A stretch of DNA of 64,000 nucleotides from Octopus vulgaris (GCA_951406725.2 OX597815.1:9610001-9674000); one strand, 5' to 3'. Counted from the stretch's first letter, positions 41,201 to 55,044 are shown. A program made the numbers and translations. The notes: generated from the letters alone by a model not told the origin.

Positions 41201-43127
41201 CAATGTTTGGTATAGTTATTATTAAACAATTTTCCCCCTCACTTTTACACTAATTCCTGACATTCTTCCCCTTCCCCTCTTTCCTACATATACCACCACC
41301 ACCACCACCACCACCACATTTTTCCTATGCTACTCCCTCTACTACCAACAAAATATCCTTCCATTATCCTTTAACTTCAGAACTTTCCATCTCAGAAGCT
41401 CTCTTTCACTTTACATGTTGGCTTTTTAGTGCTGACACCATGAAAAAAAAAAGTACTAAGTACAGTTTATAAGGGGTTGATAAACTGAATCAAGCAGTGA
41501 CTCTGCAAGGCTTGGATGGGCTCTTTCATGTGGCTGAGGGTTAACCAACCTCTAAAATGCTGATACCATGAGAAATGGTACCTCATACACTCTGTAAAGT
41601 TGTTGGTATTCGGAAGAGCATATGTCCATAGAAATTATACCAAAACTGAAACATTGGAATATGATGTGGTCCTCCAGTTGGTTAGATCCTATCCAAATGT
41701 CCAATCCATGCCTGTATGGTATGGATGCAAAAATGATGATGAATTTCATACAGTGAAATGGCAGAATTGCCAGAATATCAGTAAAAGAGCCTTGCAGTAA
41801 TTGTTCCAACTCTTTACATTCTGAATTCAAAACTTACCAAAGATCAATTTTGTCTCTCATCTCTACGCAGTTGATAGAATAAAACACCAGCAAAGCATTG
41901 GAGTTGATGCAATTGATTAATACCTTCCTCTCCATATTGTTGGTATAATGCTTATATTAGAAACAATTGTGTATATACGTATAGCGCAGAGGAGTGGTAT
42001 TGCCAGCATATTCTGTATATATCAGTGTAATGTCTATTAGTGCTCTTTTCAGTACACTGTGTGTGCGAGAAAGAGAGAGAGAGAGTGTGAGTCCTAGGCT
42101 GTTGGCGCTGTATTTGTCTAAATCAATTTTTTTTTATCTTTCTTTCCCAATATACTTATTTTCGGAGTTATTTCTGTTTTTAGACCCCCCACATTATAGT
42201 TATCTCTTTTCCAGATTTTTATAGATGGATAGCTTCACCATTTATTTAAGGAAGATATTGTTGTCAGTTAGAACTGGTACATTGATTAAGAGACATTTGT
42301 TCTCCTGATAGTCTGTGACAACCATGTCTAGGACAATATGTCTCTTCGTCTGCAATATTTGGCATATCCTAGCTTCTGGTCTTTTTCTCATTCTCTGACA
42401 TTTTCAGGATTATGCATGCATCATTTCTTTCTGCTGTGAGTATTTCATAATGTTGGCATAATTCCCACTGTACAATAACGCTATCAATGCTGTATATATT
42501 TTACTCTTTTGGCTAAAAGACTGAGCTGCCAGAAACAATGCAAATAAATATATATTTTCTCTCCCTCCACAGATTCTGCCGTTACCTATTGTATTCTATT
42601 TCATTATTATGTTTTTAGTTCTTTTAAGAGATTTGAGTAATGAGTATTTATCAACAAGACTTCCCTGCCACGATTTGGTAAGGAAGGTCAAGTACTTTCT
42701 TTCTCTGTTTTGTCTGATAGTAGTGAGTGGTCTGTTGTGTAGAATGAAAATTCTTGGTGTTGTCCGAGTACACCACAGTCACCTTCATGATTTTGGGGAA
42801 CAAACATCCTATTAAGCTGCTTGCGGTCTGGTCTAGCCAGACCTCCTCAAGGATACAAAGTGGTACGAGGTTGTGTGTAGGGTAGCCAGTGTCAAATGCC
42901 AAGTTCAAATTATACTGGGGTTAAATCTGCTTTTCATCCCTCTGTGGTTGATAGAATAATTTACCAAGGCATATATGAGGTTCAATCGTTATCAACTAAT
43001 CTTTTCCCTCAAAAACTATTGGTCATATGCCCAAATTGGAAACTAGAATTATCATTATTTCCAAAGTAACAAAATTAGAAGAGGTTCTTATAAAATTACA
43101 AACTGAATATAGATATGTCACTCTGCA

Positions 43128-43740
43128 TTCATCATCTTCACCATTGTTTAACGTCCACTTTCCATGCTGGCATGGGTTGGACAGTTTGACCGAGTACTGG
43201 AAAGCCAATAGGCTGCACTGGGCTCCAATCTGATCTGGCAACATTTCTACAGCTGGATGACCTTCCTAATGCCAACCACTCCAAGAATGTAGTGGGTGCT
43301 TTTTACGTGCCACCGGTATGGTAGCCAGTTAGGGGAACTGGCATCGACGACACTCAGATGGTGCTTTTTACATGCTACTGGCATGGGAGTCAGTTAGGGG
43401 GCACTGGCATCGATGACATTCAGGTGGTGCTTTTTAGGTGCCACTGGCACAGGAGCCAGTGAGGGGGCACTGGCATTGACAACATTCAGGTGGTGCTTCT
43501 TACATGCCACTGGCATGGGAGCCAGTCAAGGGGCACTGGCATCAATGACATTCAGATGGTGCTTTTTAGATGCCACGGGCACAGGAGCCAGTGAGGGGGC
43601 ACTGGCATCGACCTTGTTCAGATGGTGCATTTTACATGCTACTGGCATGGGAGTCAGTCAAGGGGCACTAGCATTGGCCACATTCAGGTGGTGCTTTTTA
43701 CGTGCCACTGCACGGGAGCCGGTCAGGAGACTCTGGCATA
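43128..43740 (-). mobile_element. RTE 3' end with about seven 60-bp tandem units
   Basis: Repeated ggtgctttttacatgccactggca units. Confidence 0.8.
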
Positions 43741-44456
43741 AGTTCATATTCCTTTAGCATCAGTAACCTCCGTGCCAATAATGTTCAAAGGTAGACTTAA
43801 TTAACTGTATATCCTCTCCCTAGAAATATGTGGCTTGAAGCCAATATAAAAACCACATAAGATTTGTTCCTGTTAATTTTTTTCGTTGATACTCCACTAT
43901 TTATCAATTTGGTACTAATTTCTTTTCGTTTCTGTAATACAAAGCGGACAAAAATCTCCCTGGATAGGGCACTCATCTATCATAGGTGAAGCTGAAAAAT
44001 AACACAAGAATAAAGCAAAAAAAAAAAAAAATACCGAAAACAGTAGGAAAACAAAATCTGAGTAAAAATTTTCAGCGAAAATTTCTCTCTATGATGTTTC
44101 TGAAGAATCAATTATGGGAGAGGAATAATGTCAAGCAATGGGCTTACCAAAAAATCAAAGAAACAAACACACATGCAACACACTGGCACTATACAAATTC
44201 ACATTTAATACAGATTATACACAACACAGTACACACACACAGAACATAACACATAGACACATAGAAGTAGAAATGATAATTGGTGACAGTGCTGGCAGCG
44301 ATGATGGAATTGGTACCGGTGATAGTGGTGGTGGTGGTTTTGGTGGTGGTGGTGGTACTAGCAGCACAGCTGGTGGTAATAGTGGTAATGGTGCTAGTAG
44401 TAAATAAGTATAGAAATCAATGAAGATAAATTGAGGTGAGAAAAAGAGAAAATGAA

Positions 44457-45097
44457 CTTATCTATCTCTATCTACCTATCTATCTTATCTATCTTATCTA
44501 TCTATCTTATCTATCTTATCTATCTATCTTATCTATCTTATCTATCTTATCTATCTATATATCTATCTATCTATCTTATCTATCTATCTATCTATCTTAT
44601 CTATCTTATCTATCTATCTTATCTATCTTATCTATCTATCTTATCTATCTTATCTATCTTATCTATCTATATATCTATCTTATCTATCTATATATCTATC
44701 TATCTATCTTATCTATCTTATCTATCTATCTTATCTATCTTATCTATCTATCTTATCTATCTTATCTATCTTATCTATCTATATATCTATCTATCTATCT
44801 TATCTATCTATCTATCTATCTTATCTATCTCCCTACCTATCTATCTATCTACCTATCTATCTATCTACCTATCTATCTTATCTACCTATCTATCTATCTA
44901 TCTATCTTATCTATCTTATCTATCTATCTACCTATCTATCTTATCTATCTTATCTATCTATCTACCTATCTACCTATCTATCTATCTTATCTATCAATCT
45001 ATCTTATCTATCAATCTATCTTATCTATCTATCTACCTACCTACCTACCTACCTACCTGCCTGCCTACCTACCTGCCTGCCTACCTACCTACCTACC

Positions 45098-45128
<31 letters not shown>

Positions 45129-45139
45129 GTGTCTGTCTG

Positions 45140-45181
<42 letters not shown>

Positions 45182-45230
45182 CCTACCTACCCACCTACCT
45201 GCCTGCCTATCTATCTATATCTGTACTCAT
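44457..45230. repeat. Compound (ATCT)/(ATCTT)/(ACCT)/(GTCT) microsatellite
   Basis: Seen directly. Confidence 0.95.
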
Positions 45231-45233
45231 ATA

Positions 45234-45303
<70 letters not shown>

Positions 45304-45347
45304 ATACATACACAAACATACACACATATATATATATTATTATCATT

Positions 45348-45409
<62 letters not shown>

Positions 45410-45844
45410 CGGAAAGAGAGAAGGTTCAGAATGTAAAGGTAGAATGGTAAGAAAGGAGGGTGGATAACTAAAACCAAGTTTTTTCTTTTGGAGTTGTCTG
45501 TCAGGTAAATTGATGTTCAGATTAAATATGTCTAAAGTGGCTCACTTATCGCTGCTACCACCACCACTACTACTACCACTACTGTCATCACCACCACCAT
45601 CACCATTAGTGCCAATATAACTACTACCACTACTACCTCCACCCTCACCATCTCCACTGCTATTACAGATACCATCATTGCTGCTGCTGCTGCTACTACT
45701 ACTACTACTTATTACTACTTATTACTACTATTACTGACAAGATTAATAATAAAGACACACAGCCAGAAATGAAGATGAAGAATGGAAATGAAATGATAAC
45801 ATTTCTATCTGCCATTGTGTTACACAACTCACAACATTGTTTCA

Positions 45845-46145
45845 AATCACAACACTGCCTCACATCACAACACTGCCTCACATCACAACACTGCTTCACA
45901 ACACAACACTGCCTCACATCACAACACTGCTTCACAACACAACACTGCCTCACATCACAACACTGCTTCACAACACAACATTGCCTCACATCACAACACT
46001 GCTTCACAACACAACACTACCTCACATCACAACACTGCCTCACATCACAGCACTGCTTCACAACACAACACTGCCTCACATCAAAACACTGCTTCACAAC
46101 ACAACACTGCCTCACATCACAACGCTGCTTCACAACATAACACTG
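45845..46145. repeat. 15-bp minisatellite (cacaacactgcctcacat / cttcacaa variants)
   Basis: About 20 units, mostly alternating as a 30-bp dimer. Confidence 0.92.
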
Positions 46146-46323
46146 TTGCCTCCATTTTATGACAAGGCTTTGGTCGGCCCGAGGCTATAGTAGAAGACAC
46201 TTGCCCAAGATGCCACGTAGTGGGACTGAACCCGGAACCATGTGGTTGGTAAGCAAGCTACTTACCACACAGCCACTCCTGGTTGTAAATTTTGTTCTAC
46301 AAAATTTGACCTGTATGCCAGGT

Positions 46324-46691
46324 GTGAGTGTCTGTCTCCTACGATTTAGATTCCTAACTACTCCCACATTTTGCGGTGCAGTTTAACCAAAACCGGGTAT
46401 CTTATAGTCGTGATTCATATGGAGCCCTTCTGGGTATTAGCGCGTGTCTACGATGAGTCTATGATTTTTTAAAAAATTTACCATCATTTTTTTCCATTTT
46501 AATGCATTTTTTTCGCTATTATATAAGGGAAGTAACTCTCTAAAAATGTCTACGATGAGTCAACGATTTTTTAAAAAGTTTACCATCATTTTTTTTTCCA
46601 TTTTGAATGCATTTTTTTGCTATAACTCTCTAAAAATGCTTATATAGTTATTTCCCTTACAAGCCCGAGCAACGCCGGGCGATACTGCTAG
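46324..46691 (+). mobile_element. Non-autonomous Helitron, same family as 36808-37181, opposite orientation
   Basis: Ends cccgagcaacgccgggcgatactgCTAG|T; the body is reverse-complementary to 36808-37165. Confidence 0.85.
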
Positions 46692-46861
46692 TGTGATATG
46701 TAAGGCAGTGTTGTAAAGTGCAATGAAACATTGTTATAGGATGCAGAGTGGTGGCAATATTGTGAGACGTGTGAAGTATGGTGAGGCAATATTGCAAGAA
46801 TGAGCAAGGCAGTGGAGTGGGATGTCAAATGGGGTGTGAAGAAAGAGGTGAAGATACTTAC

Positions 46862-46961
46862 GGGTGCCAATCCGGGACATTCGTAGACAGTGTAGTCTCC
46901 TTCTTCGTTATCATCTTCAGACTCATCATCTGATGCGTCGTGCTTCATTTCTCCATTGGCT
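46862..46961 (-). CDS. NPDC1: NPDC1/CAB-1-like gene, penultimate coding exon
   Basis: Acceptor tgttgtcgttttag, then 1 nt plus 33 codons ANGEMKHDASDDESEDDNEEGDYTVYECPGLAP, then donor GTAAGT. An acidic tract followed by GD(F/Y)TVYECPGLAP is the conserved NPDC1/CAB-1 C-terminal signature. Confidence 0.93.
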
Positions 46962-47058
46962 CTAAAACGACAACAACAGAAACAAAATTATAGAGTAAAG
47001 AAAGAAGCAAGCATGAAGATTTATTCTAATGTATATGGAGCTTGAATGGCAGCATACT

Positions 47059-47098
47059 TAATAATAATAATAATAATAATAACAATAATAATAATACT

Positions 47099-47159
<61 letters not shown>

Positions 47160-47265
47160 CATGTGCCTGGTGTACCTTTATCAGACGGGTAGTCATGATG
47201 GGTATATTGGGCTTCGTATATTTTACCCCAGTGTCACTTTGATGGCATGCACTGCTCTCTCACTC

Positions 47266-47296
<31 letters not shown>
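47059..47296 (+). mobile_element. ~105-bp retroelement-like 3' fragment inside an (AAT)n tract
   Basis: A unique segment at 47158-47264 is flanked on both sides by (AAT)n. Confidence 0.45.
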
Positions 47297-50200
47297 GTCG
47301 TCGTCGTCGTCGTCATCATCATCATCATTTATTGTCAGCTTTCCATGCTAGCATGGGTTGGACGATTTTGACTGAGGTCTGGCGAACCAGACTCCAATCT
47401 GATCTGGCAGAGTTTCTACAGCTGGATGCCATTCCAAACGCCAACCACTCCGAGAGTGTAGTGGGTGCTTTTAAAGTTTCACCGGCATGAGGGCCAGTCT
47501 GGTGGATCTGGCAACGGCCACGGCCAAATGGTGCTTTTTATGTGCCACCTGCACAGGAGCCAGTCCAGCGGCACTGGCAACGACACACATAAACATATGC
47601 ATAAGTATACATGCAAACATTTGCACATAAAAACACCAAATATGTAAAAGTACACATAAACGTGTGCGCAAACACACAATATAGGCATTGAATTATACAT
47701 AAATACATGTCCACATTCCGAAATTCACAGATGCAAACACAGCCATATACATTTCTGACTCTAAATGTTGTCAAAGAAAAAAATGGACAAAAGCAATGGA
47801 AGATATTGTCAGATTTCCAAAACTTTCTTTTTTACACTCACCTATTGGGTATTTACACATCAATAATTAATGGCCCTTACTCATATATCTGCATCCTAAA
47901 ATGCCTAAGAAACTTATACAATGCTTCTTTGTGAAATATCAAAAGAGTACTGAGATATTCTATTTTCTGTTGTTGCAGAACAAGCGTCTGTAACAAATTG
48001 TATAACTTTTGAACACTGATATCCCAGTTCTTATAACGGAATCTGTAGAAGATTTTGAAAAAAATTCCATACATGGAAACAAAACCTGTAGCTGAGAGGT
48101 ACTCAGAGTAAACCCAGCAAAGACTAAAGTTTTAGTAAGTAGGAAAGAAGGCAGGACCTTGCTACTATCAGGGAAACAGCTATATACTGAAAATAAATAT
48201 GTAGAAATTCCATATGGTGGACCCAGAGTAAACTATTAACATACAAGAGGTATAGTAAAATCAGAGGTAGGCTGGCAGAGAAGAGAGTCTTCGTATGCGG
48301 TAGATGCACAGGTGCAGTTGGTATTTGAAAACTTCTGAAATAAATTCTTTCAAAAGATTGGAAGACTAATGAGTAATACTTCTTTACTTTCGCCATTGTC
48401 AACCCCATCATTTCAACCACTATGTTTCCCTGCTTGAATAGGTTAAGCAATATTCATTAAGAAAGATTTTCTATGCCAACCCTTCAAGTGTTTTCAAGTA
48501 AGGTAATATTTTTCCAAAGCAGGACATGTTTCCATGGAAAACTGGTGACTAAAGACACCGCCAGTGCAACTGGGATGCTTGTATACAGCTATCATGCGAT
48601 GTCAAGACAAGGATACACACGCCTACACACACATATATAATAAGCTTCTTTCAGTTTCCATCAACCAAATCCACTCACAAAGCTGGGTTATAACAGAAGA
48701 CACTTGCCCATAGTGCTACACAGTGCTTTTGTACTTAGGAAATGACTTATATCCTTCTCCTTTCTGTAGTAGGGTGTGAATTCGTGACTATGATACTGTT
48801 ATCCAAATATGTATTCAGAAACACAAACTTATACAAACACAAAAATATTAAACACACACCTGTGCACAGCATGCATGTTCAAATCAATAATCTAGAAGCA
48901 GCAGTCAAAATTCAACTCTGACATGAATACATACACTGCAGCACGCAAATTTTAGACATACAAAAATAGTAGGAAAGAAGGCAGGACCTTGTTACTATCA
49001 GGGAAACAGTTATATGTTGAAAATAAATAGGTAGAAATTCCATATGGTGGTTATACATATGCTGTATACAATAGACATGAATATATATATATATATATCA
49101 TCATCATCATCATTGTTTAACGTCCGCTTTCCATGCTAGCATGGGTTGGACGGTTTTGACTGACGCTGGCAACCAGATGGCTGCACCAGACTCCAGTCTT
49201 GATCTGGCAGAGTTTCTACAGCTGGATGCCCTTCCCAACGCCAACCACTCCATGAGTGTAGTGGATGCTTTTTACGTGCCACCTGCACGGGAGCCAGTCA
49301 GGCGGTACTGGCAATGACCTCGCTCGAATCATTTTACATGTGCCACCGACACAGGAGCCAGTGAAGCAACGCTGGTAACGATCACACTCGAATGGTGCCC
49401 TTTTACATGTATACACACACACACACACATAAATATAAACATTTAAAATGTACAAAAATGTCCCTTGCACACATGGATATATAAAACATATAAAACTATA
49501 AGCACCTATACACGTGAACATATAGAATATACAGAAACAAATAAAAACCATTCACAGACACACTCTATACACATAAGTATATTTCCGTATACACATACAC
49601 ATTTATATATATGAATACAATATATATATATATATATATATATACATACATACATTCATGTGTGTGCGTACACACACACATTAAACACATGTACCAGCAC
49701 ACATATATGTACCAAATATTCAATTATGTATCAGTTACACACAAGATATACAAAAATATATACACAAGCCTACATTTATCAATTATACAAATATATTCAT
49801 ATGAACACACATAAAATATAAAAATACACACACATACAACGTACGTATATGAAACATATAATAACAGGCATATATATAATAGTAACAACAGAAAACTAGC
49901 TTTGTAGTGTTGTATTACAATAATCTGGAATCTACCTGACATGAAACACTAATTAATAACTAGTTCGTTATGTTATTAATTACATTGCTTGCACTAATTC
50001 CAAAAGTATTGTTCAGTTGCCGGTGGAACTGTTAATGGAACGAGTAAACTGTGATAATAATCTCCATATCAACAAAAACAAATTACGGAGAGAGTGTTTG
50101 TGTGTGTGTGTGTGTGTGTGTATGTGTGTGTGTGTGTGCGTGTGTATGTGTTTGTATGTGGAGAAAGGAAGATTTGAGAGATGCAAAGATGTATGCATAC

Positions 50201-51442
50201 AAAGACAAACACAAAGTACACACACACATACACACACAGAGACACACACAGACACACAGACACTCGTATATTAATAGTGCATTACACAGCTAGATTTTGG
50301 TGGGTTGGGCGTTGATAATTAGAAATGTAAGCAATGCCTTTTTAATAAACATATAACTTAGCAGCATTGTGAAAATAAAGCAGTTTATATTACACCAGAA
50401 AAAGGGATTGGGAAACAAAAAATTTTCTATAAGACTGATCTTTTTAATCCCTTTAATTGCTTTTCCTGTCCCCAGAAAGATAAAACCTTTGGTGTTACCG
50501 CTAAGCTGACCTTTGACTGTGAGGCTGATTCTTCACGTTACTTCCTCAGACATTCAAAAGCTAAGTGAAGAAAGAATGAGATGAAAGATAAACAGGTCAA
50601 CCATTTCAACAAGAAAGAAAACACCATGTTCTTCCAATTTGCTTCTGAATGCAACATGAGAAGCTAAGTCAACCTGTTACTCCATGAATACAACTCCAGC
50701 TATATCTGTTGAGTACAACTCCCATTTGTTTGCTTCACTTTCACTTTCTCACACACACACACATACACACTATGAATGTGGCTATGAATGTGGTTCCAAG
50801 TGGTTCCAAGGTGTGAATGTGGGAATGATGTGGGCTGGTGTTCTATACTTTAGCCATGGGTCGACCAATACCTTATGAATAAAATTAGCCAAGAGAAACT
50901 GAAGAAACCCGTTGTATGTGCATGTGTGTGTGTGTGTGTGTGCATGTATGTGATTGTGTGAGTTTGTATTTCCCATCAACTTTGTGTGTTCACTGATTGT
51001 CAACAACAGTCTTACTATCAATAGACGTAGTGAAAATGACGGTGAGCTTCTTGACATGTCGCATGATCTTTGTCAACGAAGGTCTCGTTCACCTGATGTG
51101 ATTTGTGTTCAATAAACTAGGGGATTGTCACTTGTTTGAAAGAAGGTGAAGGTTGGTGATAGGAAGAACATCCAGCCACAGAATATCTGCTTCAATGAAT
51201 TCCATCTGACCCATGCAAGAGCAGATATCAAAATGTTTCAAATGAGTGTTGTTTGGACAGAGTAGAGAGCCTACAGAAGATGGTGTAGTGGGGACAACTG
51301 GGCCCAAACAATACTCAAGTATAATGATATCCAATTTAACTTACAGTGAAACCAATAACACCCATACAGTAATACGGAATAATGTAGATGACATAACTAA
51401 TACTTCTGGCAGTAGCAAGCATAGGGTTAATATTAATAAATT

Positions 51443-52762
51443 CCAGCACCGCCTTGACTGGCTTCCGTGCCAGTGGGACATAAAAAGCACCAACCATTCG
51501 TGGCCGTTGCCAGTCTAGCCTGGCACCTGAGCCGGTGGCACCTAAAAAGCACCATCCATACGCGGCCGATGTCAGCACTGCCTTGACTAGCTTCCGTGCC
51601 GGTGGCATGTAAATAGCACCAACCAATCGTGGCCATTGCCAGTCTACCCTGGCACCTGAGCCGGTGGCACCTAAAAGCACCATCCATACGTGGCCGATGT
51701 TAGCACTGCCTTGACTGGCTTCCATGCCAGTGGCACATAAAAAGCACCAACCATTCGTGGCTGTTGCCAGTCTACCCTGGCACCTGAGCCGGTGGCACCT
51801 AAAAAGCACCATCCATACGCGGCCAATGTCAGCACTGCTTTGACTGGCTTCCATGCCAGTGGCACATAAAAAGCACCAACCATTCGTGGCCGTTGCCAGT
51901 CTAGCCTGGCACCTGAGCCGGTGGCACCTAAAAAGCACCATTCATACGCGGCCGATGTCAGCACTGCCTTGACTAGCTTCCGTGCCGGTGGCATGTAAAT
52001 AGCACCAACCAATCGTGGCCATTGCCAGTCTACCCTGGCACCTGAGCCGGTGGCACCTAAAAAGCACCATCCATACGCGGCCAATGTCAGCACTGCCTTG
52101 ACTGGCTTCCATGCCAGTGGCACATAAAAAGCACCAACCATTCGTGGCTGTTGCCAGTCTACCCTGGCACCTGAGCCGGTGGCACCTAAAAAGCACCATC
52201 CATACGCGGCCAATGTCAGCACTGCTTTGACTGGCTTCCATGCCAGTGGCACATAAAAAGCACCAACCATTCGTGGCCGTTGCCAGTCTAGCCTGGCACC
52301 TGAGCCGGTGGCACCTAAAAAGCACCATCCATACGCGGCCGATGTCAGCACTGCCTTGACTGGCTTCCCTGCCGGTGGCATGTAAATAGCACCAACCAAT
52401 CGTGGTCATTGCCAGCACACCCTGGCACCTGTGCTGGTGGCACATAAAAAGCACCATCCGTATGTGGCTGATGCCAGCGCCGCCTTGATTGGCTTCCATG
52501 TCAGTGGCATGGAAAAACCACCAACTGATCGTGGCCATTTGCGAGCCTCCCCTGGCACCCGTGCCAGTGGCATGTAAAAAGCACCCACTACACTTACAGA
52601 GTGGTTGGCGTTAGGAAGGGCATCCAGCTGTAGAAACACTGCCAGATCAGACTGGAGCCTGGTGCAGCCTCCTGGCTTCCCAGACCCTGGTCGAACCGTC
52701 CAACCCATGACAGCATGGAAAACGGACGTTATACGATGATGATGATGATGATGATGATGATG
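51443..52762 (+). mobile_element. RTE 3' end with expanded 60/120-bp tandem array
   Basis: About 18 units of ~60 bp alternating two types, then the standard 3' terminus and (GAT)n. Confidence 0.88.
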
Positions 52763-52819
52763 AAGATGAAGCATCATTATAACTTCAAGAGCAAATCATG
52801 CTCTCTTGAAAGGCAATGC

Positions 52820-54740
52820 CTCAGAAAAAAACATAGAAGTACAACACTTGTTCTTGTGCTGAACATATAAGTGTTTCAGTCTCTATCTCCAGGTCACTCA
52901 TCCGCATCCATAGCCACTGCTCTCCTGTATTTGTCTTGGTGTTTGTATCCCTTGCAAATTGACCGTACATATTTTCCTCTCCATCCATGCCATTTCTTTT
53001 CTTTTTATAGTTATTTTCCCATTTAAGTTTTTCTTTACACACTTATCAATTTTAATAATACCAGACTTCTTCTGCACAGGTTTCAGCAATGGTTCCACGG
53101 CACTTTTTATATATACCATCCTAAGCTGTTTTCCTCTGCTTCCGCACAATCCTGGCAACTGGTCGAACCTCTCCCACCCTTTCTATCGGTGTCACTCTTG
53201 GGATGGAGTGCTCCATGCACTCTCAATATTTTCCTTGTCTTTGTGTCCATGCTCATCAGTTCTTCCTTATGCCAGTTTATAGTTCCAGCTCCAAACCAAA
53301 GTGATACGACTGCCCATGTTTTTACTGCTTGGATTTTATTCCATCCAATCAATTTCGAGCACAACACCCATCTTAGTCTTCAGAAGTATTCTTTGCTCAG
53401 CTGTTCTTTCATTTCCTTTTCCACAATTTCATTGAACTCTTGTATGCCAAGGTATTTATAGCCTTCCTTTTCAATTTGTTTAACCCTTTCGTCACCGTAT
53501 TTATTTTGAGATGCTCCGTGTTTCTTTCAATTATTTTAGATGTAACAAAGAATTTAGTAAAATAACTTCGTTATCATTAAGCTGGTGTTAGGAACATAAA
53601 TAGTGACTAAGGTTTGGTGGAAGATTTTGATTCAAAATTTATGAAAACAAGACATTTGTAATACAGAGCCAGAGCCGGTTTCAGCTGGGTTGGTAACAAA
53701 AGGATAAAGAATTGTTTCTCTATTATATATTTTAACCCTCTCATTACCATATTTCTGTTGAGATACTCTGTGTTTCTTTCAATTATTTTAAATATAACAA
53801 AGAATTTAGTAAAATAACTTAGTTATCATTCAGCTAGTGTTAGGAATATAAATTGGGACTAAGGTTTGGTGGAAGATTTTAATTCAAAACTTATGAAAAC
53901 AAGACATTTGTACTACAGAGCCAGAGCTGGTTTCAGCCGGTTTGGTAACAAAAGGATAAAGAATTGTTTCTCTAATATATATTTTAACCCTTTCTTTACC
54001 ATATATCTGTTGAGATGCTCTGTGTTTCTTTCAATTACTTTAAATAAAACAAAGAATGTAATAAAATAACTTGGTTATCATTAAAGCTAGTGTTAGGAAT
54101 ATAAATTGTGACTAAGGTTTGGTGGAAGATTTTAATTCAAAATTTAAGAAAAAAAGACATTTGTACTACAGAGCCAGAGCTGGTTTCAGCCGAAAGGGTT
54201 AATCACTTCTCTATTAGGTAATTCAATCTCTGCCAGGAACTGTACCTTGCCCTTATTCAGGTTCATCATACCACATTTCTTGAGTCTGAATTCCATCTTA
54301 ATATCAGCACTAAAACAGTGGACCGTGTTCACCAAAGAGGTCACTTGTGCCTCATCCTTGCATTCATCATCATCATCATTGTTTAATGTCTGTTTTCCGT
54401 GCTAGCACGGGTTGGACGGTTCGACAAGGGTCTGGGAAGCCAGGAGGCTGCACCAGGCTCCAGTCTTGATCTGGCAGTGTTTCTACAGCTGGATGCCCTT
54501 CCTAACGCCAACCACTCCGTGAATGTAGTGGGTGCTTTTTATGTGCCAATCCATGAAGAGGAGGTGATTGACTTTTAGAAATTTTTCCTTTAGCTGATAG
54601 CCCAGGTTCATATTTCCTCAGCAATGAGGTCAGAGGAATTATACAAAGAACAAAAAGCAATGGAAAATTCCTCCGCTGATGCCCAAAGGTGCCCAACCTT
54701 TGTCCATACAATCAATGTCGAATCAGTTTCCCACCCCACC
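52820..54740 (-). mobile_element. Decayed R4/Dong-like LINE RT region, interrupted by a MITE trimer and an RTE tail
   Basis: Minus-strand motifs PLLFVLCIIPLT, EGYKYLGI, NKIQAVKTWA, LHPKSD..R..GGRG, YGQF and ETETLICSAQEQ. Confidence 0.75.
53480..54202. mobile_element. Tandem trimer of a piggyBac-type MITE (252-bp period)
   Basis: ttaaccc at 53480, 53732 and 53984; final aaagggTTAA at 54202; the LINE frame is continuous across the TTAA. Confidence 0.88.
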
Positions 54741-54767
54741 ATACTTCTCTTCAGAAAATATGTTACA

Positions 54768-54985
54768 TTACTCTTACTCTTTTACTCTTTTACTTGTTTC
54801 AGTCATTTGACTGCGGCCATGCTGGAGCACCACCTTTAGTCAAGCAAATCGACACCGGGACCTATTCTTTGTAAGCCCAGTACTTATTCTATCGGTCTCT
54901 TTTGCCGAACCGCTAAGTGATGGGGATGTAAACACACCAGCATCGGTTGTCAAGCAATGCTAGGGGGACAACCACAGACACACAA

Positions 54986-55044
<59 letters not shown>

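Larger units (their letters stand above)
36698..46861 (-). other. Last coding intron of the NPDC1-like gene (10,164 nt, GT-AG, phase 0)
   Basis: Bounded by the donor and acceptor above; the spliced frame is continuous. Confidence 0.9.

Noticed and set aside
44436-45450. 276-aa and 332-aa ORFs
   Set aside because: Translations of an ATCT microsatellite.
45705-46190. Cys-rich (metallothionein-like) ORF
   Set aside because: A 15-bp minisatellite open in several frames within an intron.
46688-46861. C-terminal part of the 86-aa ORF 46688-46948
   Set aside because: Read-through into the intron beyond the GTAAGT donor.
48138-49050. ~80-bp direct repeat at 48138-48220 and 48968-49050 as LTRs
   Set aside because: Both are pieces of a decayed RTE-like ORF, with no TG..CA ends or TSD.
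51336-52538. 200-240-aa repetitive ORFs
   Set aside because: Tandem array in a LINE 3' UTR.
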